From Octopus sinensis (lineage: Eukaryota), in NCBI RefSeq assembly GCF_006345805.1, contig NC_043009.1, positions 19,468,001-19,532,000 of the forward strand: a DNA stretch of 64,000 nucleotides, read 5' to 3'. The translations under genes were made by a program, and so were the position numbers. Below are positions 25,163-36,000 of this stretch, piece by piece (position 1 is the first letter of the stretch; each line of letters opens with the position of its first letter). The notes under the pieces were generated by a model. The model worked only from the letters and a program-made list of their open reading frames with translations, did no database searches and was not told where the DNA came from.

Positions 25163-28100
25163 GATAGAATTAGTAAAAATAACTGTGAAAACGAAGGAAG
25201 TGAATTGCAAAATTCCTCTCCAAAACGATGTTGACCGTTTCTTTTTAAAGTTATTGTGCAGAATGAAGAATATAATACAAATGGTAAGAGGGGGAAAAAA
25301 AGTCATATTTTCGACTGGAATCAGAGAATAAATCTTACACATTGTGATGAGTAATAGTTCCTGTTTTAAGAGTCAGTTTCCGAGTGGAATAACCCAGTAA
25401 CACATAAAAAGACCACAGAAGGCCATTTAAAAGACAGGAATGACGAATTAAAAGATTACAAACCGAATACTTGATAAATTATTTTTCTTTTATGTCAGTA
25501 AAACCAGTGGAACAAATGTATTTCAGTTATTTATGGCCTGTTTAGTGTTTTTTAAGGGACAAAGTTCTTATCATGTCATAGTCCTGAAGAGGATTTCATG
25601 CTGGGAAATGAATGAACACCACACATTCCATTCTCATTTCCCTTAAACTATCCGTCCTTTGTGTCTATACAAGAAAGAAAAAAAAAGGATTTAACCAACT
25701 TAACCTCACCAAGCAGAGGTTTGAGGAGTTCATTACTTTCTATGAAGGAAAAAAAAATAGAAGAGGCGCAGTTATCGTCACGTGGTTAAAAAGTTTGTTT
25801 CGTGTCCACGTAGTTCCGAGTTCGAATCTCCTGCACGGTAACCGCGCAAGTGTCTCCTACTGTATCTTTTGGTTGGCTAATACTTTAAGAATGTAATTTA
25901 GAAAACAGAGACTGTGTAGGAGATGATCTCGTGTGTATGTGTGTACGGATGGGGGATTATATATTTAATTGAGCCGTTTGATATTTAGAAATCATTAAAT
26001 AAATAGAAGGTTGACTAAAACCTTTGAATACTCTGACCTCAGCATGGCTTCCGTTTAAAAACTGAAACTAGTAACTAAACTCCACAATTATATCAAATAT
26101 ATTTCAAGTATGGTAACACTTTATTTTATCTAATATAGTTTTTACAACAAAAGCCGGCGAGCTGGCATTCATCTGTCTTTACGTTCTCAGTTCAAATTCT
26201 TCCGAAAATTCACTTTGCCTTTCATCCTTTCGGGGTCGATAAATTACGTACCAGTTGCATACTGATACGCCCAACATGAATTATCTTTTTCTTTTACTTG
26301 TTTCAGTCATTAGACTGCGGCCATTCTTCTTTGAAGAATTTTTAATCGAATGAATCAACTCCAGAACTATTTTTTAAAGCCTGATTATTCTATCTGTCCC
26401 CTTTGCCAAACCGCTATGTTACAAGGACGTAAATAAATCATCACCGACTGACAAGCGGTGGTCTCACGCGCGCGCACAGATATAGATATATATATGCCCG
26501 TAATAAAATTTCCTCTGTATTAACATCTTAGGTTTCTTAGTGTCTTGCCCCTTTAACTGGTAATTAAAATCATGATTTAAAGACTTCCTCTACCCTGCCT
26601 CTTTTTATAGACAGTTACTTATATCCAAAAGACTTCTCCCAATGTCTTATTTCCTCCCTGGAGGAAAAGGATACATATGATAATATTTATGGCCATACCC
26701 CTAGCCATGAGCTGTCAACTCACTCTTGTCTCAGATTTAGTCATTGATAAAGGGATGAATGAATTACAATTCTTATAACCCTATGACCCCACTATGCTCC
26801 ATGCGATTCTTAGAAAGAGTAATCTATTCTTAGTCAAAATGGCGACAACATGAATTTCTTCCATCTTCTTACCCTGTTAAAATATTTAAGAAAAATTATA
26901 TTAATGTGTCCTACTTGCTAAAATTCCATTTATTTGTGCAGTTGAAGATAGCCTTGCATTTAAATTGATGTAATGATTGCATTGTTCAATTAAATGGGGT
27001 CGCTTGAAACGGTCGTACTGCATCACTACTTGATATCTGTTGCTTATTTTGATTACACACATACACACAATGGGCTTCTTTTAGTTTCTGCCAACCAAGT
27101 CATCTACGGCTGAACCGGGAACCTCGAGGCTGAGAAGCAAACATCCTACCACACAACCAAACCTGCCTCTATTAAGACATTGTCACAATTTACCATTTGC
27201 CCCACATTAAAATCTGATACCGAGAAAAAAAATCTCGGTTGTCTTTCGTTCCCTTCGTATTTCGTACGTGTTTAATATTTAATTGGGGTTTGGTGAAGTT
27301 GATACAAGGTAATATGCCAAATTGAGGGCGTTTCCAACAGAGGTAGCATATTAGTTTCCTGTCATAGAAGTATTATATATCCCTGCAGTTGTGATAAATA
27401 TGCAGTTATGCACATGGAGAAACATATCATTCTAAAGTTCAAATTGCATTTAGAGTAATCTGGAATCTTTTGTACAGTAAATGGTCCACCAACGAAATGA
27501 AATTCCTCGATAGTTGATTTGAAAAAGCCTCCTCGACTGTCCAAGGTTAACTTAGCCATCACTCATATGTGAATAGGACCTGGTCGCTGATGTAGATACT
27601 CTCTTGGCACTCCCACATTTCTTCCAGAACATTGACTCTTGCATCATCTTCACCTGAGTAGATTGGTGAAATGAAGAACCTTGCTCAAGGACACAACGCA
27701 CCGCCCAGTTCCAGAATAGAACTTACGTTATTACGATCGTGAAGCAAACGCCCCTAACCACTCCGCTACGCCCTTTCACCCTTGTAAAAACTAACTCTTC
27801 TTTTTTCCAAGTTGAGATTCGAAACCGAATCTAAGGACTCTCGCTCGTCTGATCCACTACGGGCCAAACAGGCGCGAAAATAATTTCTTTGTTCTGTCAG
27901 AAAGTGATGGACGGATTTCTCTTCGACTTCCGATCTGAGCTGGGTCATTGATAGTTCAAGTGGACAAGAGGCGACCTACATAGGTAAAAAAATTACTCCT
28001 GTAGTACGTCTGTCCTTCCAGCTGGGATGACCATTCTAAATACAGTGTGACACACGACAGATAAGCAGACAGCCAGCAAGAGGCAAACGGTCGACAGACA

Positions 28101-28626
28101 GCAGTTAACTTGTGCCAGTCAAGCAGCCAACACAGAACCACGTATTCAGCATGAACAACACAACACAGTCGCAGAACATAAACAGACACGACCGAATGAC
28201 CAACGCACACACACACACACAAAACACTCCGGTTCTACCTCATCACATCAACACAGTATTTCTCCTGTTTATTTTTTACTTCGCCAACTTGAAGCAAGTT
28301 GGTAATGTTATGTAGCGGATTTCCTTGTGTATACGACACGTAAATGCAAGTGTCGATTAAATAAATTATCTAAGCCACAATCCGATGCTTTCCCATTGTT
28401 TTACTTTAACGTCGTCCACATGTCTATTTCATCCGCTCCCTCACCAACATCTTTTGCTACACGTCCCGCTACAACTTTATTGAATAATATATCAAGTCAC
28501 TAAAATAGATAATGACATATTGTAATATCGAAATATAGTTTGTAATTGTGTGAAGAGTCCCGAGGCAGAAGACGATTAATTCAGAAACCATGTTGTTCGT
28601 TCCAAATTAAAATAAAATCAACAGAT

Positions 28627-28990
28627 GTGCAGGTGTGACTGTGCGATAAGAAGCTTGCTTCTCAACCACAAGTTCCGAACTCAGTCCCACACCGTGGCAT
28701 CTTGAGCAGGTATCTTCTACTATAGCCTCAGGCCGACCAAAGCCTTGTGAGTGGATTTGGAAGATAGAAACGGAAAGGAGCCCGTCGTGTATGCATATAT
28801 ATATATATATATATTGACAACCGGTAATGGTGTGTTTGCATCCCTACATTAGCGGTTCGGCAAAGGAATCCGATAGGACGTGTCAGGCTTAAAAACAATG
28901 CACTGGGATCGATTCATTCGACTAAACTCCTTCAAGGCGGTGCCCCAGCATGGCCGCAGTCTAATGACTAAAACAAGTAAAAGCATGAAA
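28627..28990 (+). mobile_element. tRNA-derived CORE-like SINE, well-preserved copy
   Basis: tRNA-like head, ..GCAYCTTGRGCARGT.. core, central TA/TG microsatellite, GAAACAAGTAAAAG-type tail; other copies at ~870-1128(-), 12757-13130(+), 21240-21610(+), 48755-49160(+), 61125-61505(-). Confidence 0.8.
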
Positions 28991-29052
28991 GATGTATCGA
29001 GGTTAATTTTAAACAAGAACAAACCCTGAGAAAATCTAATTTCAGAAGAAAC

Positions 29053-29585
29053 TCGGTGCTACTTTGGCTTCTGATCTACAACTTGGAGGGCGATCACTTT
29101 CGGTTAGTTTCTAGTTTCTTTACCTTGCAAAACTCGCGCTTATTTTAATTATTGTATTAGTTATTCTTGGTTTCTTATTACTATTTTCTAAGACATAACT
29201 GAAACATGGTATTAAATAGAAACATTATCATTTCTAAATCTCTCAACGAGAGACATTCAGTAAAGTAAAGATTATTTGCCAACATGATGTGACAGTCCCA
29301 GTTGAGACGAATGTTACTGTTCTTTTAGCCCCAGGAAACATCGTCTCCATACAGCACACAGATAGTGCCACATTATTTTGGCAAATAAACATGGTTTTAT
29401 TATTATTATTAAAATAGTAAGAATTTTGAAAAAATATATTTACAATGCCAAGTTTTACAAAAGAATTTACTATGAAAAATCTTCAGCCAACATCTTAAGG
29501 GTTTTTAAAAATTAAAACGTAAACTAAAAAATGACCTAAAGTAATCGCCCTTTAAGTCGTAGATCACACGCCAAAGTAGCTCCGA
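29053..29585. mobile_element. MITE with ~65-bp TIRs
   Basis: TCGGTGCTACTTTGGC..GATCTAC..GGGCGAT at left; ATCGCCC..GTAGATC..GCCAAAGTAGCTCCGA at right. Confidence 0.75.
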
Positions 29586-29859
29586 TATTACTTTGGAAAA
29601 ACTCTTTCTCGTCGTCGAAGATTTCCATCATGTGTCTGATAAATATAATGTGGAATGAAATGCTTCACATATCGACCTTCAGATGAAGTCAACAAACAGA
29701 ACCAAACTAAATGTAGTGACGAAAGTAGGGACTCCTGGGTGTGGAGCCGAATGCGAAAAGACTCTGAAATATTAATTGTTGGTGAATCATAGTTGTTTAG
29801 TTTGTAGAATTTGAGACGTTCAGAAGAGTTTGTCCGCAGACAAAAGAGTTTTAGTCATT

Positions 29860-30690
29860 GTTAGTGCCTCGTTGGGTAACGTTAGAGAGGGTGCCAGTCT
29901 TTTCCAGCACCACAGTCTCGCAATCGCCTGCAGTAGTGCTGTGTGTCATTTTAAACACGGTAGAGGTAAATACCAATAATTTTAGTAGTAATAACTGAGG
30001 AAGTATATTTTTCGTTTTATTTTTCATATTGTCCATATTAGCTTATACTAAATGACCGTATTTTAACGTGTATCAGGAACAATATTTTGTCAAAAATTAG
30101 GTTTAAAAAATATGGGAGTTTCTTATACATGGATAGTATTATAATCCCTTACAAAACCTTTTTTTTTCCAAATTAGGTGGTTCCTTTTACACGTTAAAAT
30201 ACGGTGTGTTACCAATCAATAAACCGTGTTTATGTCTGTTTAACAATAATTTTCCTCTCGCCTTGTAAATTAATTTTTCTTAAATTATCTCTTCTAATAT
30301 TTGAGAGTCACTAACATTTATCCGTAATTTTTTTTTTTTTCATCAATTACGAGTAAAATTCCGCCCTTCATCACTTTGATCACCTTGAGTTGTTTCCCTT
30401 AGGTAATTCCACAATTACCTCCCTTCGTTACTAAGCTTCCCAATGTAAACAAACATTCAACTCGCTTGGATTCCCAAATTGATTCTTCACTACATTCCAA
30501 TGAGTTTTACGTAATCTCTATTAAAGTGATGGTTTTTGTTTCAGAAAAAACTCTGAGGGCATTTCTAGGAATTTTCAGCATTTGTCCAGCAAATTTCTAT
30601 TCCAAGCGGCAATCTATTCTAATTGCTAGAGGCATTTGCTATCAAACGAGGAACAACAGACGAGTGAACTCTTGGGCTGACAGTAAGTGG
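29860..30690 (+). promoter_or_regulatory. Candidate CCDC24 promoter / non-coding first exon(s)
   Basis: CpG-retaining sequence with two donor-like sites (ag|gtaaat at 29966, ca|gtaagt at 30683) upstream of the 32845 acceptor; RFX-like half-sites GGTAAC (29875-29880) and GGCAAC (~30689). Confidence 0.35.
30056..30204. mobile_element. Small Tc1/pogo-like MITE
   Basis: Perfect 17-bp TIR CCGTATTTTAACGTGTA / TACACGTTAAAATACGG. Confidence 0.75.
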
Positions 30691-31689
30691 CAACGTAGAG
30701 ACGTCATTTACTTCACTTATTTTTACATTTTGACTCTTTGATTCTGAAAGTTTGAGAATATGGTTCGGAGAGAACTATCAGTGTATCGATTGCTAGAATT
30801 CCCATGTATTAAGCAAATACACCTTCATGTTGTTGTTTTGTACCAGATTGGTTCTGATTGAGCAGATCGATGGTCAGAATTATTCTAGCCAGGAACAATT
30901 CGAGTGTGATAGTAACTACATTGTCTTCAGTAGATCGTGTGAAGGCGGTCACTCACGGACTACTGTTTCTGGTGGGATATTATCCTAGAACACTAGATTG
31001 ACAGAATCGTTGGAGCACTGGATAAAATCTCTTTTATATTACGAGTTCAAATCCTGCAGAAGCCAGCTTTGCCTTTCATCGCTCTGGGGTGAAAGGCAAA
31101 GTTGGCTGCAATAATTGAACAACCCCTCTCTCCTCAAAATTACAGTCTTGTGCCAAATTCGGCAATTATTATTATTATTATTATTATTGTTTTACTTCTC
31201 AGAAAGTTCGGTCTTGTTTGTTCTGGTAGATTCTGTGAGAATGGACAGCAGCCTGCCGTCAGAGGTCTCATTCTGCACATTATAAGCTATGATACTTGGT
31301 TGTTAATTATCATGGGCGACATTCAACATCCGAGTACCAAACTCAACTTCATTAAGGTGTTGATCCAGTGGGATCATTAGAGCAAAAATGTGCAGTGGCA
31401 ATTCTTTTGATTTGTTACATTCTGAGTTCAATTTCTGCTTGAGTCAACTTTGCCTTTCATCCCTCCAGGATGAATAAAATACAGGGGTCAGAACCCCAGT
31501 ACTTGACTGGAACTGAACAAACATTGGCAACATGAATAATATATTTTTCTTAATCCTATGTAAGTGCGTTTGTTAATTAATTCAAGTTGCCAATCACTTG
31601 CAGTACTGCTATTTAAATTTGAAGAGACCAATTTAGTTCCATTCTAATTTATGTTGATACAAGCTCTGGCTATAAGATACCAGTCTCTC

Positions 31690-32360
31690 TGTGGCCAAGA
31701 AAATGAGCTACTGATCTCCGATGAAGTGGTAACAATCAGCCAAATTTGGTTCCGTCTGCCAATTTGTTTCAATAGCGGAATATAAATCAAAGAGGTTAGT
31801 GACTTCAAGTAACTTGAGCCCTACATTGCTCACAAAGATATCCTTACATACAAGGGACTAGCTTAGAGCACCTTTAACAAGCTGTAAAACATTTGACAAT
31901 CAAGTATTTTATCAAAGTCAACAAGGCTGGTCTTTTTCATGGCATGTGTAGAAACAATTCTTCTCTATGGAACCAAAACCTGGTCTGTGAAGGAGTTTCA
32001 AGATCACCTTAATGGTACATAGACTAGACTTCTGAAGGGGATGGGGGGGGGGGGCACGAAATAGCTCAAAGCATGAACACAAGACAAAGAAAGGACACAT
32101 TGCTCTCATCTCTACAATTACTGCTTGGTTTAGGATAGGCTTTTCTGGTCACTGCTATCAAACTGAACAGAAGGCTATGACGGATGTTATATTTGGGAGA
32201 CTTCTGGACCTTATTAAAAGAAGAAAACCACTCAAATACATTGGTGTTATTGGTAGAGATCACACAGAACATGGAATTGAGGATCTACCAGAGGCAATGG
32301 TGGACAGAAGTTCTTGGAACAACAGTGTGAGATGCAGCTTGATTGTGGCTGTTTGAAGAA
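31690..32360 (+). mobile_element. Old RTE/RTEX-like LINE fragment
   Basis: Degenerate IKEVSDFK*L and VETILLYGTKTWSV motifs. Confidence 0.5.
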
Positions 32361-32394
32361 GAATCACAGGAAATAGTCCAGCTGATCTCTCTTA

Positions 32395-32625
32395 TTTCTT
32401 TATTGCCCACAAGGGGCTAAACATAGAATGGACAAACAAGAACAGACAATGGGATTAAGTTGATTACATCGACCCCAGTGCGTAACTGGTACTTAATTTA
32501 TCGACCCTGAAAGGATGAAAAGCAAAGTCGATCTCGGCGGAATTTGAACTCAGAACGTAACAGCAGACGAAATACTACTAAGTATTTCGCCCTGTGTGCT
32601 AACGTTTCTGCCAGTTCGTCGCCTT
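32395..32625 (-). mobile_element. tRNA-derived SINE with Nin/Deu-like central domain, well-preserved copy
   Basis: GAGTTCAAATTCC box B followed by TTTCATCCTTTCAGGGTCGATAAATTAAGTACCAG; other copies at ~483-662(-), 4222-4425, 9660-9878, 12540-12690, 13135-13350, 18115-18323, 33360-33760, 40965-41400. Confidence 0.8.
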
Positions 32626-32861
32626 TGATCTCTCTTCTTGGTCACAAAAGGAAAACTGTCTGATTTAAACACAGAATCTACTTTTTCACATCAAGGTCAT
32701 AACTGTGTGTTTTATAAAAAAAAAAGAAAAAAACATTTCCTTTACTTATTTTTACTAATGTCATATAATTAATTCTATTAATACATAGCATACACATTTG
32801 CATGTGTGTGTGTGTCTATCTAATGTATGTCAATATCTGTTTCAGGTTCTTCTATTGAAAC

Positions 32862-33041
32862 ATGACTGAAAACACCACAGAAGCAGCATGTCTACCTCGT
32901 CCTCTTTATTCACATCTTTATAGAATTCCATTATCGGTGTGGAAGCTGATAGAACAGACAGTCCCAGATTCTGAGAGACAAGAAATCAAGAATATTTTAG
33001 GTGTTGGTTTGGTTGAAGAAAGTATCCAGCTCCAGAATGAG
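32862..33041 (+). CDS. CCDC24: CCDC24 first coding exon
   Basis: Acceptor tttcag ending 32845, ATG 32862, gag|gtgagt donor. Confidence 0.9.
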
Positions 33042-36000
33042 GTGAGTATATACCCCAGTCACTTGTGTATAAACATGAGGAATATCTATATAGTTGCTGG
33101 AGAAAAAAACTGCTTTTCCACCTTCTTTCTGTTTCTTTACAGTTTGGTTCCAAATGCTGCCAAAGTCAACTCCAGCTCCAGAAATGGCAAAAATAAAGTG
33201 CTAGTATTGGAGTAGATGGTACCAACTAACCCCCACCTTTAAATTACTAGCTTGTACCTCAATTAAAAACCATTATTATTATTATTACTACTGTTGTCCG
33301 CTGAGGCCCCTGCACTGGTGGCAAATAAATTATCATCATCATCGTTATTATTATTATTATGGCAATGTGCTGGTGGAATCATTATGGCACTGGACAAAAT
33401 GCTTAGCAGCATTTCTTCTGGCTTTATGTTCTGAGTTCAACTTTGCCTTTCATCCCTTTTAGGGGGTCAATAAAATAAGTACCAGTTGAGCACTGGGGTC
33501 CCTGAAACTGCTGGCCTTGTGCCAAAACTTGAAAGTATTATTATTATTGGGGTGGTAAGCTGGCAGAATCGTTGGCATGCTGGACGAGATGGTTAGCAGC
33601 ATGTCGTCTGTTGTTATGTGCTGAGTTCAAATGTCACTGGGGCATAAATAAATACCAGTTGAGCATTGGAGTCGGTGTAATCAACTCATCCTCTCCCCTA
33701 AACTTGCTGGCCTTGTGCCAAAATTTGAAGGCATCATTATTATTATTATCATTATTTCATCATCATCACCAACACAAAACTGGGAATAAATCAGTTTCAG
33801 ATTTAGTGAGTTTAAATCCAGTTGAAATTTAAGAGTTCAGGCTTGTATTATAAACAAATGTTCTGTTTTTGCATAATATTGTTATTTTTGGAAACAGACT
33901 TTATATTTCATTTATATATATATATATATATTTTGTAGCTTGAAACTTTGCAAGAGATTTTCACAGAATATCATGAAGGGAATCGGTCCCAAGTCGCACC
34001 CAGAATTCCTGAACCTCCAACAGCAAGAGAGACTTTAATTAAGGAAATTTCTTTTCTGATCTCGAGTATCAAAGAGAAGGCAGAGTATAATGGATTGTAA
34101 GTAATTACTTTACTAATTACTGTTTTAATTTCTTTAATTAACTGAATTGTTATACATCTTTGTATTTATTCAGATATCAGGTGTTTGAAAGTAGATTTTG
34201 TTTTTTACTTTTCTTTTGCTTTACTAAACAACAATAATTTGTGGTTAATCCTGAAGTCAAACACAGAATTCTTGCATAACACTCAATGTCTTTGTAGACT
34301 GTTGAAGGTTTCTATTTCTTTCGTATTTAGTGTATGAAAAGAAAGGCAGAGGGCACCGTTCTCCAGACAAAATAATTGCAGGAAAATGACTTGACTTGAC
34401 TTAGAATCAAATGTTTTATTGCAGATCTGACTTGTTCAGCCATAACTGTTCATCTAGCACACACACACACATTGTTATACACAAATGTCATCGTCGTTTA
34501 ATGCCTGTTTTCCAAGCTGGCATGGGTCAGAATATGATTACTTTGTAAAATTTTAACTTTAAAAAAATATTTTACCTTTTTGAAGTGTACCAATAATTTT
34601 TTTTTTATCTTCAGGGCATCACAAAGTCAAAAGATTTCAGAAACATAGCCATAGTTAAATATCAATCAAACATTTATAAAATAAGCCTCTGTTGTATATA
34701 TATAAATGTCACATAAAACAAGACGAAAAATGCCACAATAACTGTGATACAGGATTGATATAAAACTACATATCTTAAGTATTTTAATTGTCCTAATTAT
34801 CCAATATCTAGTTAATTTCATTGCTCAAAAATCTATGTTAATCCAAGACTAAGACATTAAACTAATTCTACATCATATTGGTCTACTTTAGGGATTCCAG
34901 TCAAGTACTATTGAAATTTAACAAAGAAATCCGTGACTATGTTTCACAACAGCAAGGTAATCTCTGCTTTGCTTACTTCCATGTTGTTTTCTAACAGTGT
35001 TACTCTAGCAGTACCAGCTTAGACTAGGCTCCACTGATGAGGTCTGATAATACTGAAACACATCCAGAGTTATCACCCTTCTGCCAAAGATCAGAATTGC
35101 TCCATTATATTGTTTGTAATTTTAATTTCCAGAATTGTCTCCCTTGCTTGTCTTATTTGATTAAAATATTTAGGCTCTCTATATCAATTAGGTCAATACC
35201 AAGTTTATCATTATTGTTCCATGTTTGTCTTGTAATACCAAATCCATCAACCTCAATACCAAGTTTTGAATATATCTTGAAGTATGAAAACATTGTCTTG
35301 TAGAAATTTACCAAGAAACAAAGCAATATGATTCCAGTTCATCTGTGATGAGTAAAAACCAATCAATATCTTCAAATATCAATCAGTGAGTAGAAATATT
35401 TTTTCATAGAAATTCTAGGGAAAAAAATTCCAGTAAATGTTAGACTTTTGTTTATAGATAAACCATTCTTTCATCATTGGTGCTGCTAAGTTTTATATTA
35501 AAATCTATCAACAGAACACAGCAGAAGATTTCATCCTTGATAGAATAAGTCTGCTGGGGCCGATTTCTGAGATAGACAAAAGCTTCAACTGAGTAGATTA
35601 ATAATATACTTGACCTAATCAATCTTCAGTAAAGCAGTAGAACCAGCTGCCATTACTGCCATTGCCAATACCATTATGGAGAGAGATGACAAAGGGACAT
35701 TGGGTTGCAGGTGGAAGAGGTGGAAAGACAAGATGGGATGTAGTTTGGTTCACTGGGGTGGTAGAGATGAATTAATGTAATGTGTGGGTGGGAAGCACAT
35801 AATACACAGCACTTCTGGACCTCAATATCACTGAGGTGGGTGGGTATTGCCAGATACCATGGTTGATTGTCATCTCCTCTGTTAAGCTCAATATCCTGAG
35901 ATCAGATCTCACTACTTCATCCCAAGTCTTCTTGGGTCTCCCAATTCTGCAGGTTCTCTCCGTTTTAAGTGATTGGCACTGCTCTCTAATGTCTTCATGT

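Noticed and set aside
34615-34650. Strong-looking acceptor (poly-T + tcag) as the next CCDC24 exon
   Set aside because: In the required phase it reaches TAG within about 11 codons; the exon at 34892 fits both phase and homology.
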